Source: Octopus vulgaris (taxonomy: Eukaryota). From it: a stretch of DNA of 64,000 nt. Every line of letters begins with the position of its first letter. The stretch's first letter is position 1. The DNA is taken from the NCBI GenBank assembly GCA_951406725.2, contig OX597823.1, positions 98,208,001-98,272,000 of the forward strand, given 5' to 3'. The notes beneath the pieces are model-generated. The model saw only the letters and a program-made list of their open reading frames with translations, ran no database searches and was not told the origin of the DNA. Positions 1-13,110 of this stretch are shown one piece after another. Position numbers and translations under genes: made by a program.

Positions 1-60
1 CAGGGCGATTTTTTGAGCCAAATTTTTTGGAAAAAGTGCGTCCTATATGCCGTCAAATAC

Positions 61-62
<2 letters not shown>
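1..62. mobile_element. Right terminal inverted repeat of a Tc1/mariner (pogo-like) DNA transposon or MITE, cut by the window edge
   Basis: Ends ...AAAGTGCGTCCTATATGCCGTCAAATACGG followed by TA; the reverse complement CCGTATTTGACGGCATATAGGACGCAC resembles pogo-type TIRs. Confidence 0.5.
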
Positions 63-101
<39 letters not shown>

Positions 102-446
102 GTGTGTGTGCGCACCCACGTACATGCGCACAAACAAACAAAAAGAACGCAGCTCGGAGAATGGACGGAGTCAACAACTATTGAAAAGATTGCAAGACGC
201 AACGAAAATTTTTGAAAAAATAAATATGTAAATGAATGGAGACTTTATCGGTGAGTGTGTTAAATTATGAGGCACTAAAAGAGAATGACTCTCCCCAGAC
301 ACAACAAAATAAGTTTTAACATACGAACTCACATAAAGAATTTTGCAAATCTAATCCGAAAACGAAATATATGTGTATATGTGCATACATACATACATAC
401 ATACATATATATATATATATATGTGTGTGTGTGTATATATACACAC

Positions 447-493
<47 letters not shown>

Positions 494-517
494 CATACAT
501 CTATATATACACATACA

Positions 518-553
<36 letters not shown>

Positions 554-560
554 TATATAT

Positions 561-762
561 AAAGTTAATCCAAACATAAAAACACAAAGAGAAAACACAA
601 CAACGCGAGGACGTGTTATTGGACGCTCAGGAAAGGAAAGAAAGAAGGAGGACTTAACGTTTCGAGCGGAGCTCTTCGTCAGAAACATGGAAAAAGGAAA
701 GATCCAAGGAAGGGAAGACGGAGGGAGAAAAATCGCCAACGATACACACGCGGTCACATATT
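561..762 (-). mobile_element. Penelope-like terminal (pLTR) fragment carrying an HHR-like motif
   Basis: Flanked by (TA)n and contains the HHR core on the minus strand. Related decayed tails occur at ~12630-12720 and ~45280-45370 (shared G(A/G)CGCTC(A/G)GGAA block). Confidence 0.55.
616..688 (-). ncRNA. Type I hammerhead ribozyme-like motif (imperfect stem I)
   Basis: Minus strand: atgttt CTGACGA A GAGC-tcc-GCTC GAAACGTT (pyrimidine-rich loop) AGCGTC/caataac. Stem III ACGUU:AGCGU; GUC cleavage triplet. Confidence 0.55.
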
Positions 763-780
763 GAATATATATATATATAT

Positions 781-1873
781 TGTTACGAATACCTGCCGTC
801 GCCCAAACTCTTCGGAAACCCGGGACACTACCAAGTCGAGCGACGACGATTGACCGGCTCGATCGAACGGTGAATTCGCCACGGACTCAGAGAGAGAATT
901 CGGTGGGGGAAGGCGGCAGCGAACTCGGCGACCGGTACCGGAGAGAACAACAAACAACAGCAGGAAGAGATACAGAGAGACACGGCGGAAAGCAATTTGG
1001 CTTACGTTTAACAACAGTTTATGACAATTACGACATCAAATACAATGTAAAATACATCAGGTACATCAAAGATAATAACATGCAACAAAATTAACAAGAT
1101 CAAAGCATGCAGGTACAATATACAGTCCGGAGACAACAGTTCAGATCAAATTAAAACAAATAATGTTCACATTAACGATACAGTTCAAATTGATGCAATA
1201 TAGTTCAGAGTTCAATGTTCTACATTAGAGTCTTTCTCTTTCTTTTTCAACAACTCCGTAACACAATTTACAATGTTCTTTATAATCTCATTTCTTTAAT
1301 TCAGTACTTCTTCCTCCTTTTTCACATCAATCTTTTACATTTCAACAATTCTTTTTCCTTCTTTAACACATCAAAACATAAACAAACATACCGTTACGAG
1401 CTACTATAAATAGCCAGTGCCTTCACACCGTAATCTCCCCCAGCTCCTTCTTAGCTCCTTAATCCTATCTGCCTGTCTTCCTCTACGCTGTCGCTTGTCA
1501 TCCTCTCACTCTTCTTTCTGTCTTTCTCGCCACGCTTGTCATCTCTGCATCGACCCTCACGCCAGTTCGCTCTGTTCCCCGACTGTTCAACAGACTCACA
1601 GCTCCCGCTTTTTAAAGGGTATCTTCCTCGACCCTTCTTTGACCGGCACAGGGTCGAAGGTCTCTTCAAAAGCCATCACTCTCTCCAGAAAGTGGCAGAA
1701 CAAAGGATTTACTCGCCTGCTTGACGCCAGCTCACAAGAAGTAGGTCGCAAGCACTGTCCCCGAATTGACCCCCCATATCAATATATATGCAGTGAGGGA
1801 AGGGAAACAATTAGGCAAGGCATGACAAGGACATGTGATCTAATTTAATTCAATCTAATTTAGCTACATAACA
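781..1873. mobile_element. Probable solo LTR
   Basis: About 1.09 kb non-coding block with TGTTA...TAACA inverted termini; its composition differs from the flanks. No clean TSD, PBS or PPT seen. Confidence 0.5.
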
Positions 1874-2009
1874 AATGGTATAAAAGAGTTTCTGATAGCT
1901 GTTCCTGGGATATCCCAGCAACTGGAGTAGCGTATCGAGCGAAGACGTCTGTAGGTTAGGTTACCGTCATCAGAGAGATATAGCTTAGACAGTGGAAGAA
2001 TGTTCGTCA

Positions 2010-2160
2010 TCGATAATATTTGTTGTGATTCATTATTTCCAGAAGGGGTGGAAGGTCCACCTTCTGATCATGGATTTATTTAAAGAATACCCGATCTAAC
2101 TGGATTTAAATAGATCCTCCCACCCTCCTGGACATAATGAACCACAACAAATATCATCGA
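2010..2160. repeat. Imperfect ~45-bp inverted repeat (MITE-like hairpin)
   Basis: TCGATAATATTTGTTGTGATTCATTATTTCCAGAAGGGGTGGAAGG is matched by CCTCCCACCCTCCTGGACATAATGAACCACAACAAATATCATCGA. Confidence 0.6.
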
Positions 2161-2199
2161 ATTAAATTAAATGTCCTTGTCATGCCATGCCTTTTATCG

Positions 2200-2700
2200 A
2201 TCCCAATTATTTGATTGGTTCTTTAGTTATCGATCCCGAAAGAATGAATGTAAAGTTGACCCCGGCGCAGTTTGAACTGAGAACATAAACAGGCGGGAGA
2301 AATGTCGGACTTTTTAAGCATTTCGTCAGCTCACCGGCTTAATAACAATAGTTTCAGGTTTTGGCACAAAGCCAACAATTTCGCGGGAGGAGGTAAGTCG
2401 ATTACATCGACCCTAGTATCCAACTGCTCCTTATTATATCGATCTCGAAAAGATGATAGGCAAAACTGACCTCGGCGGAATTTGAACTCAGAACGTGAGA
2501 CGAACGAAATGCCTCGAAGCATTTTGCTTGGTGTGCTAATGATTCTGCCAGATCACCGCCTTAGTAATAATTTCAAAGTTTGGCACAATGCCAATAATTT
2601 CGGGAGATGGGATATGTCAATTACATCGCCTCCCAGTGATCAGCTGGTGCTTATTTTCTCGATACCGAAAGGTTGAAAGGCAAAGTCGACCTTGCCTGAA
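2200..2700 (-). mobile_element. Cluster of three decayed copies of SINE family A
   Basis: Repeated degenerate versions of TTATCGACCCCGAAAGGATGAAAGGCAAAGTCGACCTCGGCGGAATTTGAACTCAGAAC. Confidence 0.75.
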
Positions 2701-2723
2701 TAATAATAATGATTATTATTATT

Positions 2724-2956
2724 TATTTCTTTATTGCCCACAAGGGGCTAAACATAGAGGGGACAAACAAGGACAGACAAACCGATTAAGTCGATTACAT
2801 CGACTCCAGTGCGCAACTGGTACTTAATTTATCGACCCCGAAAGGATGAAAGGCAAGGTTGACCTCGATGGAATTTGAACTTAGAACGTAACGGCAGACG
2901 AAATACGGCTAAGCATTTCGCCCGGTGTGCTAACGTTTCAGCCAGCTCGCCGCCTT
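2724..2956 (-). mobile_element. tRNA-derived SINE family A (~235 bp; Octopus OR2-like), full length
   Basis: Reverse complement of AAGGCGGCGAGCTGGCAGAAACGTTAGC...GAGTTCAAATTCC (A/B boxes)...GCCTTTCATCCTTTCGGGGTCGATAAATTAAGTACC...TAAAGAAATA. Confidence 0.9.
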
Positions 2957-2963
2957 GTGTTTA

Positions 2964-3010
<47 letters not shown>

Positions 3011-3014
3011 GTTA

Positions 3015-3052
<38 letters not shown>

Positions 3053-4185
3053 TGCCTCCAGAGCGACAGATGGAGAGGAGTGGGTCTATTTACAACGGCA
3101 AGTATAAAGTGTAGATATTTACATAGAAGACTGAATAAAAGAAGAATTACTCTATTTGATCACTGAATGCAATTTCATACAATTGATTCATGCATACAGA
3201 GCATGAAACGTTAAGATTAAAAGATTTACAAATACCTGCAGAGTATGACAAACTAGTTATGCAACAACAAAGGGGAGTGAGGCAAGGACGTTATACAAAG
3301 AAAACTATTTTAAAACATTGTGTAATAACACTAACATACACTAAATGGATAATTATAAAAGAATGCAGTAAATAAAACAAGGTATTTAAAAAGAGCATAG
3401 AAAAAATATTCAGGCTGAGATCGCCACCCAATGGAAGAGAAACCACTCTGTGAGTTAGAACGGACCTATGTCTCTTCGAGCCTGTCAACCACTCGCATTG
3501 GATTCGTTACATTCAAATGTGCCCGTTGACATCTGCGCGGAATGAAACTAGGAACAACCTATGCCTTCTAGATAATCCTTCTTCAGCATGTCATAATATT
3601 GATTTTACAAAAAGTCTGTGACTTGAATTTCTGCATTTCGGTCGCATTTGGTTTTCTGCAATATTCTAGGCAATATTCGTGAGCCCACATTTGCACCATT
3701 CTGTTTATAAGGCACTAACTCTACTTTCGTCGTCATCATAAAGAAGGGCCCCTTCCCACTCTTTCTGATTGTCTTTTGCTGCGGTTCGTTCTTATTTTTT
3801 GAAGTTTTCTACTCCTTTTTGCTGTTCACTATCTCTCTAGCAGTTTGAGAATCTTTCTCGGTTACCATAACCTTCTCTCTTGTGTTATTGGCAAAATAGA
3901 TTCTCTCCTCTCACAAACATCTGATTGTGGAAGACTGACTTCAGTCTAATAAACAAAATGTTCTATATTGAGTCTTTTTTTTTTTGTTTTGTTTGAAAGA
4001 ATGTTTAACTTTTCTATTACTTCTGCGTGAGTTCATCAATAAATTAATAAATTCTTTACTCGTATTTCTAATCATTCTGAGGGGCGAATTTAAGGGAAGA
4101 AGAAACCAATTTTATTCTAACGTAAGATAGTAGAGGAAATTGAAAATATTAAAACAAAAGAAAGACCTTGTTGGCTAACTCCAGA

Positions 4186-4222
<37 letters not shown>

Positions 4223-4269
4223 AATGAGTTCAATAGGGACCCCTTTCCTCATTGAACAATGAGTTCAAT

Positions 4270-4462
4270 AAGGAGGAGGGAGCTAGTCGATCACACCGAC
4301 CCTAGTGCTTAATTGGTACTTATTTCATCGGCCCCGAAAGGAAGAAAGGTAAAGTCGACCTCGACGGAATTTAAACTCAGCAATCCACCCGACGTGCTAA
4401 CGATTCTGCCAGCTCGCAGCATTTTCTGTCAGTTGTAGCCTTTTCTGCCAGCTCGCCGCCTT
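4270..4462 (-). mobile_element. SINE family A, decayed
   Basis: Same core, ending CTGCCAGCTCGCCGCCTT. Confidence 0.75.
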
Positions 4463-4775
4463 CAATAATAATCACCGATTTAATAGCAATGATTTCTAGA
4501 AGGAACAGTGTTATAAATTAAGAAGAGGGGTGAGAAAATGAGTTATGGTGTTTATTTCTTGTAAACTGATGTCAAAATGATCTAACTGTGAATTCAGAAC
4601 GAGGTCTTGGTTCACTGAAAACATTCGTCGCACTTCAGAACGCACTAGTAACAAGTTGTTCTACTAGTTTTAAAGAGACACTCCCAGTTGGAAAGATTTA
4701 TTGGGGTTTTAATACATACACAATGCCTGAATGTTATTTTTATATGCATACATAAACACAAACTCTTTCTTTCTC

Positions 4776-4828
<53 letters not shown>

Positions 4829-5059
4829 ATTATCTGAACTATTTATGTTAAATAGCATGAAATGAAAGTCTTCTGTACAATGTGCCACGGTCATGTGATT
4901 TTGGCGACCCGTCTCTTCTGGTAAGTCACTATCTACTTTTTGCTCGGTCTGCCGAGAGCATGCCACTGTTTTATCGTATTTACACCTAATATTTATAAGA
5001 GACGTATAACTTCAACAGACTATTGTTATATCATCCACAGATGAGAAATGAATGAACCA

Positions 5060-5760
5060 CTACTTCATTAGATCTCCTATAAATAACAGCAACCTCTACA
5101 CCACATCATATCCTATTTTCATTAAAAGTCCAAGCTGTACAGTGCAGTCTTGGACATAAAAAAAGACGGAGTGGTCATGGCTAGGACAGCTTTATCATAG
5201 GCTTGCTCAATGGGCTGACTTGGGGCGAAACGCAATCATTATCATTGACAGAGCCTCAGTGTTGAGCGTGCACACGGCCATGTGCTTTTGTTTAAACACA
5301 GACCAGCCCAACCAGATTAAAGACCAGATATATTCCGAGTATGAACATTCCGTCTTTTATTCAGACATAAAATACACAGGGCTACTTCATTGAAAGTGTA
5401 TTTCCCCTTCTTTCTTTTGACGGTGGTAGGTGCGATTTGAATGAGATTTGGTTGATATTTCTAGCAGATCAGTAACTGCATAGAGCTGCCATCGCAAAAG
5501 CTTTTGTAGTTTTTGTTGATGTTCTAAGTGATGATCTTGTTCATGTTGTTGTTTAACTGAGGCCAGCACTGATCAACCAGACCTGTAATCATAAACTCAC
5601 AAGTGGCGGCAATCCTATCTTCTATCTAAACGCGTATTGTATTTAGGACAACATTGCCCAATGACATTTCTCTCCTTTTAAGATGACAGGGCGTTATTTC
5701 CGAGAAATTTTGACATCAGGAGTCTAAGTGAAGTGACGTGTTCAGCGAAAGTTTGAAGCC
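5060..5760. repeat. Old interspersed repeat fragments (core GATTTGGCTGCTATTTCTAGCAGG-like); other pieces near 7960, 25320, 26730, 28060, 33100 and 48590
   Basis: A degenerate motif recurs on both strands across the window. Confidence 0.45.
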
Positions 5761-5917
5761 TGCATTATTAACTGTTTATATAAGGCACTACGTTGTGTCG
5801 AACAGTATTGGTAATAACGATGGCCATAAGTATATACCAGTCAAAGACTGGAGAACATTGCGCGCGCACGCATGCACCCCCCACCCCCCACCCCCACACA
5901 TATATGCATATATATGA

Positions 5918-5948
<31 letters not shown>

Positions 5949-8915
5949 TATATGTGTGTAATGTAGGCAGGCATATATGTTAACTTTAGACAATATGGTA
6001 GGTTGATGAATTAATGTGTATAGAAGGTAAGTCTTTACGTAGATCTTTCCTAGATAGATTTATTACTACACACGCGCGCGCGCACACACACAATAAGCGT
6101 AAAAGTAATGAAATATAACTTAGGCAGCTTTATGTAGTTGTATTACAAATTTTGCTTATATCATGAATTGTTATCTTTTTTGCAAGAGTTATCTTTCTAT
6201 AGAAAATGTAAATTAAATAAAAATTGTAAATATGTAGAGAGGATAAAGACTAGCTGAATGGTATAACTACATCGACACCATCTCTACACCTCTTAAGATA
6301 TGCTATAGTAATTATACGTGTCTTTTAGAATCTCTGATTTTAAGCAATTCCATTTTGTACGGGATTTAATAAATAAAAAATGTAATTAACAACCTAAAAT
6401 GGAGTATCTTATCTAGAGTTAGGTTATTTAAAGCCAACAGAAGACCATGTAATATATGCACAGTGGAGAGTTTAGCGGCCGAATTATTTGCCAAAGAAAA
6501 ACGTCCTTAACAAACCTGATGAAAGAATTTCTTACTGTATATATAAGAATTTATAAATCCTTGAGTTAATTCTTATTGGTATAATATTTATGATTGTCAA
6601 ACTACTATTTGACCATATAATTATATTATTTATTACACTTTACTAATTTTCTGTTCCAATATATGATTTTATACAATATCTCATCCATTTAATATCCCTA
6701 TTATTAGAAACACAGTTATTAGTTAACCTTTAACCACACTAATAACCAAAGTACTTAAACAACTCATACTTAGTACCACATATCTTGTAGCTCGCATCAA
6801 CAATTAATCGAATTACAGCAAAAAAACAAATTCTTTTTGAAAGGTTATGTTGTTACTTTCTAATAAAATACGTATTTTTATTAAAATGTAAAAACTAGTA
6901 TATTTTATGTGTGTATATATGTTTGTGTCTTTGTGCGTGTGTGGATGTTTCTGTTTATAGTTTAAAAGCCTGTGTACTTCAGATTTGTAAACACGAGTAT
7001 GTGCAGTTGACTGTAACATGAGATTCTAACACTTTATTTTTAAAAAATAGTTTTGTTGAAACATTAATTTCTTTGTAGGTTAAAAGCGCTTGTACCATTT
7101 TCAAACATGTATTCAAACACTGCAGATTGTAGACAGGTATCATAAAATGCCATAAAGGGACATAAATTACAGTGGTCTTCAGACTTCGAACAATAAACAT
7201 GACAACGTACATATTCTAACCACAAAAGCATATTTAAGTAACTCATGACAGTATAACAAATATTTTAATTACATATTTTAATTACAAAGGCATATTTAAG
7301 TAAATCATGACAGTATAACTCTTCCTCGTTAACCTATTTTCTGTATTTCAAATATTTACTATACTTCTACTAACTGGTGATTTGAACTATTATTTTCTTT
7401 CAATTATATTTCCAACAACTGTATTCGATAAATTGACATCAAACTGAATATTTATATGTTTTATTGATACATCGGAGAGACAACTAGAAATACGGTGCTT
7501 TACGAACGACATTCTTTCCGATATTTGTTCTGCATCGAGTTACAGAAACTCCTTGTCATTCTAGCTTATAGAAATGCAGTGAAGTCTGACAAGCTCATTA
7601 GAAACCTGTAACCAACGACGCTATTGTTTACCAATTGCGATATAAAAATACATAAATAATTGATACCTACTTTCTAATTCGTTAGTTCCACAGTAGTATT
7701 CTACACAAGGGCAAAGTCGGCGCTACCATCACTTACTGTAATGAGACAAGACATATATAATTGTGGTTTGTATTTTTTAATAAACATACTTTCCTTATTT
7801 AATCGGAATTGTATTGAAGTGTTTCCAGTGCATTGACATAGAAGAAAAATCTGGTATTGAGCTTTTGTAGAGAGTTAGTAATTATGTATTCAAGGCCGAA
7901 AGCAGCCTAAAGCTATAAACAGCAATCTGCAAAACATCGTCACGGTCTAGAGATCCTATACAGTCACTAGATCTGCTAAAAACTGTAACCAAACCCCATA
8001 CCACCTTAGAAAAATGAAGGACATATTGGGAATTGTAGTCCTAGATATAAAAAAAGACAGGATGTGCACGGTTAAAAGCCTTTGAACATTGGCGTACCAA
8101 AGGCAGCACGTAATTTACTCTGTATCTTTGTTCGCGGTTATATTTGTAGGAGATTGAAACGATTGATCAAGAAGGTTGAGTTGTTAAATGAAAGAAAGTG
8201 AAAAATTGATAATTACACTGAATTGTAGTGAGAAGTTTTGTAATGGCTAGAGTAGCAGATATTTTGATAAAAAATGAAACCAAGTTTTTGTCATAAATTT
8301 TGAGAGAAATATTTATTTTCACTAAATGCCATAAATTATATTAAGAAAGAAAAAGAACTGAAAACAAAAGATGCTGATTTTGAGTTTTATTGATAGAAAT
8401 TTACATGCTGATGCACGAGGACAAACACACATGTACAAGGCACGAATACACAAAACATACACACAACACATCCACACACACAAAAACACACAACTGATTT
8501 AATATATACCACAATCAATAAATCACTAGCAAAACACACTGCCAGTTAATTTATAAAATACTTTCAAAACAAAAGAAACAAATTAGTTTAATATTTAATT
8601 TATATATACACATGTGTGTGTATGTTTTACGTTGACGATTATATTTAATATTTTCAATGAAGAATGCATTTAAATTCACTCACACACACTTAAGCATAGA
8701 AATAATTTTCACAATAAAATTATTTGAAATTAAATTACACACATACACAGACACACACGCACACACATATATAGACACATATGCACATATACTTCTTTCA
8801 CTTTGGATTCTCATTATCTATATATAATTTTACTGCCTATGCAGAGTGTTGTGTGTGTGTGTTTGTGCATGTGTGTGTGTGTTTGTGCATGTGTGTGTGT
8901 ATGTGTGTGTTTGTG

Positions 8916-8972
<57 letters not shown>

Positions 8973-9059
8973 GTATTTATGTATTTCCAGGGCATGCCAG
9001 TTTCTCATGTAGTTACAATTGATGCTTTCTCTTGAAGAAATTCCACATGCCCGTTCTGG

Positions 9060-9097
9060 TATTTTCTTTCCGAGAGCCGATGAAGGTTTCTGGCTAT

Positions 9098-9159
<62 letters not shown>

Positions 9160-9639
9160 CACTCGCCTTATATACGTAAGTGGGTCTGAAAATAGTGATT
9201 TGGTCTGGTATAATGTTCCCTTCAACTGTGCTGTATCCACGAGCATATATAAGAAATTTATGGTAATTTTGGATAAAAACCTTCCTGCTTCCCATAGATA
9301 TAATAAGATATTTTCCCGTAAGACAGTTAGAATTTCGTATTCTACCCTCCTCAATATAGGTACCATCATAGCCACGTTAAATAGAAAGACTATAAAATCA
9401 GCAAGAAGAATAAATAATAATAATATTGTCAGCAATGTAGTTAAATCCCTACAATGAGAATAATATTAATGGAGATGTAGGAATTAGAAACAACCGTACT
9501 AACACATCTAATATGTACAATATAGACTGTAACTCCGAGGTTTATACTAGCACAGGGATTACTGACACAATACCTGTTGATGCTGAGATGAATTTAAATG
9601 AAACTATAGTTGAAAGAAGTATAAATAATAACAGCAATA

Positions 9640-9702
<63 letters not shown>

Positions 9703-9752
9703 TCGATTATAGCAGTAGTAGTACTAGTAACAACAACAACAACAACACCAAC

Positions 9753-9811
<59 letters not shown>

Positions 9812-9929
9812 AAGGAATATCAATAATATAAATAGTAATAATTGTAGAGTTAAGTCTCACTGCCCGTTATTAGGTCGATGTTTAATCCAAAACGTAGTTT
9901 ATAAATGTACAATTGTGACTGAGGCTGGG

Positions 9930-9998
<69 letters not shown>

Positions 9999-10323
9999 AT
10001 GTTCGATAAATATGGCAAAACGTATCAATAACCATTTTTCATCTTTTAGACTCAAAGATAAAGCTTATAGTACATCATTATCTAGTAAGATTTGGGAATT
10101 TAAAGAAAGTGGGACCGGATTTAGCCGTAAATGGGATATAATACGGAGAGCGCAGCCTTATAGAGATAGCCGATTTGGGTGTGAGTTGTGCTCTATGGAA
10201 ACTTATGAGATTTTTAAGTATAGGTACAACAGCAACCTGATAAATAATAGATTAAACCTAAGGGTATCATGCATGCATAACATCATCCGTACATTTAAGT
10301 ATTTTCGAAACTACCATTTATAG
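9060..10323 (+). pseudogene. PLE RT C-terminus/GIY-YIG endonuclease pseudogene (frameshifted)
   Basis: Homologous pieces in three frames (ORFs 9032-9457, 9513-10031, 10012-10323), broken by indels and microsatellite expansions. Confidence 0.85.
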
Positions 10324-10849
10324 CTACCATACTTGAACTTTGATGGTGGAAATTAATTTTGGTGTCGTATCCGTTGTAAACTTGCCCTCCAGTATTAAAT
10401 ATTAAAAAAATCATGGGATATTATGTTATATGATGAATTATATTGCATTACATATGTTATATGCTCTGTGTTGTGGTATGTGGTGTGCTATAATACTATG
10501 CCATGATAACCCCTGCCTAGTTAGTGTGACGTCATCCTATTTTGGTGATTACACTATTTTCCTATCTATTATGTTCTACCTTATTGATCATATTATGTAT
10601 ACTTGTAGTGACTTTATGTGAGTAAGTCTTCCTTTTGACTAAATCATATGCCTCCTAGAAGCTATAAAACCACACATACAATAACACCTGTAACATTACA
10701 ACTTATAAAATCGCTTCTCTCTAAATACCTTTAACTGCCCTCACTATTTCCATACCTATTACACCCCTTTTCAAGTTACCTTTATCTTTTCCCTGTCTCT
10801 AATTTTAATCCCTTGTTTCTTTATATGTAGGTTATATGTATTTCGTATG

Positions 10850-11082
10850 AAGGCGGCGAGCTGGCAGAAACGTTAGCACGCCGGGCGAAATGCGTTGCCG
10901 TATTTCGTCTGCCGTTACGTTCCGAGTTCAAATTCCGCCGAGGTCGACTTTGCCTTTCATCCTTCCGGGGTCGATAAATTAAGTACAAGTTACGCGCTGG
11001 GGTCGATGTAATCGACTTAATCCGTTTGTCTGTCCTTGTTTGTCTCCTCTGTGTTTAGCCCCTTGTGGGTAGTAAAGAAATA
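10850..11082 (+). mobile_element. SINE family A inserted in the PLE 3' UTR
   Basis: Full-length copy with a ~16-bp TSD, TATATGTA(T/A)TTCGTAT, on both sides. Confidence 0.92.
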
Positions 11083-11278
11083 TATATGTAATTCGTATTA
11101 TTTTCTATGAATTCTTATTATTTTGTTTTCTTATTTTGATATCCTTACTTATTAACCTCTTATCTCTTACAAATTGTTATTTTTCTTCTTCCTAAATTTG
11201 ATACTTTTCAGTTAGTTAAGTCTATGCGAGATATTTATACTATATCCATATAAGTGTATAAATATTTGTGTATGTATG

Positions 11279-11318
<40 letters not shown>

Positions 11319-12116
11319 TATATATGCATATATGTGTGTGTGTGTGTATGTGTGTGTGTGTGCATTTTTACACTTTTCTGATTCATGTATATCTTTCCAG
11401 TTATTCCATATGTTAATGCTTTGAGCAGTCTTTATAGAAACCAACTAATAATTAATTAATTAAGTACATGAATGGATATTAAACTGATTCTATGTAATCT
11501 TACTTTTTAATGTTTATGATTGATATATACACACCTTTCACCTATTTTGGTTATGATATCATTTTTGAAATTCTTAAACTTTATTTTTATACAACATAAC
11601 AATATTATTTATAAACATTTCTCCCCCATAGTGCCCCTAAATTAAATTTCCTCTGTATTAACATCTTGGGTTTCTTAGCGTCTTGTTCCTTTAACTGGTA
11701 ATTAACATCATGATTTAAAGTCTACCCCTACCTGCCTATTTTTATAGACAGTTACTTATATCAAACTGTCTACTTCTTATGTCTTATTTCCTCACTGGGG
11801 AAAAAGGATACATATGATAATATTTATGACCACACCTAGCTATGAGCTGTCAACTCACTCTTGTCCTTTATTCAACATTGACACAGTCTTCTAAGTTTAG
11901 AGTTAGTAGCTGATAATGTGATAAACGAATTAAAAACGAATTACAACCATTACAACCCCATGACCCCACTATATCCCATGCGATTCTTAGAAGTTGTAGT
12001 CTATTCTTAGCTACAATAGCGACAACATGAATTTCTTCCAACTTCTTGCTCTGTTAAAATATTTAAGAAAAATTATATTAATGTGTCCTACTTGTTAAAA
12101 TTTCATTTATTTTTTT

Positions 12117-12204
12117 GTGAAGCTGAAGATGGCATTACATTTAAATTGATGTAATGATTGCATTGTTCAATTAAATGGAGCCGCCTGAAACGGTCGTACT
12201 GCAT
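12117..12204 (+). ncRNA. Minimal type I hammerhead ribozyme with long stem II insert
   Basis: gtgaag CTGAAGA TGGC...GCCT GAAAC ggtc GTA/ctgcat. Stem I has one mismatch; stem III is 2 bp plus a tetraloop. Confidence 0.65.
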
Positions 12205-12233
12205 TGCTACTTGATACTCTGTTGCACATTTTG

Positions 12234-12283
<50 letters not shown>

Positions 12284-12911
12284 AGCACGCAAGCACGCGT
12301 GCGCGCACACACACACACACTCACACATAAAACACCAAAAACAGTAAACTTCAAAAAAGAATACTAGACAATACATAAAAAGAGATGATTATTGAGAATA
12401 AATAGGTAAGATAAGCAATTAACAAATAACAAATAAGGAATTAAAATTATATATTTCAGACTCATAGTACCATTTGCGTGGAATGTACAGCGGCGGAATT
12501 AATTAACAAAAGAAATCTTTATATCCAAACTCTGTGTAAATTCGAAATGATTTCTTCTGGTTAGTTTGTCAGTTACGGCTACATATTGTGTGTCCAAGAA
12601 GTTACAAACACACACACACACACACACACTTAAAGAAAAACAAAAAACGAAGACAGGTATATGAACAACAAGCACGTGTATTAGTTTGACGCTCGGGAAG
12701 GTGAGAAAGTCTTTTACTATCGGCACAGAAAGTGTGTCAATAGCCAGCTGGAGGAGATGTTCACCTGGGGCTACAAGCTACAGTAACACCCACCCTTAGT
12801 GGTTAGCCATATTTAGATGACAACTATACTTCACATTGTTGTGCAGTTACTGTCTATGCCTCGCTCAGAGATTTATTATTGTTTGTTATTATATATATAT
12901 ATTCCTTTTCT

Positions 12912-13110
12912 TTTTTCTTTTATTTGTTTCAGTCTGTGGGCATGCTGGAGCACCGCCTTTAGTCGAGCAAATCGACCCCAGGACTTATTCTTTGTAAGCC
13001 TAGTACTTATTCTATCAGTTCTCTTGCCGAACCGATAGGTGACGGGGGCGTAAACACACCAGCATCGGTTGTCGAGCGATGTTGGGGGACTGACACAGAC
13101 ACACAAACAT
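12912..13110 (-). mobile_element. SINE family B, 3' half
   Basis: GTTTCAGTC...CATGCTGGAGCACCGCCTTTAGTCGAGCAAATCGACCCCAGG matches the family consensus. Confidence 0.85.

Larger units (their letters stand above)
8975..12240 (+). mobile_element. 5'-truncated Penelope-like retroelement (RT thumb + Asn-rich linker + GIY-YIG endonuclease + long 3' UTR ending in HHR)
   Basis: Motifs SGY...VWYNVPF...KIFSRKTVRISYS, CRVKSHCPLLGRCLIQNVVYKC...YIG...KRINNHFSSF...LSSKIW...CELC...N.R...CMH. HHR at 12117-12204; ends in (TA)n. Confidence 0.85.

Noticed and set aside
1876-1890. TGGTATAAAAGAG as a tRNA-Met primer-binding site after the LTR
   Set aside because: Poor match beyond 6 nt and no internal gag/pol sequence follows.
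1945-1980. CTGATGACGG on the minus strand as a possible hammerhead
   Set aside because: No GAAA core half and no stem I/III pairing.
3600-3950. WAHEYC-like peptide on the minus strand (PHD-bearing transposase remnant?)
   Set aside because: Too short and degraded to support.
7225-7320. ~33-bp direct repeat (GCATATTTAAGTAA.TCATGACAGTATAAC)
   Set aside because: Simple local duplication with no further structure.
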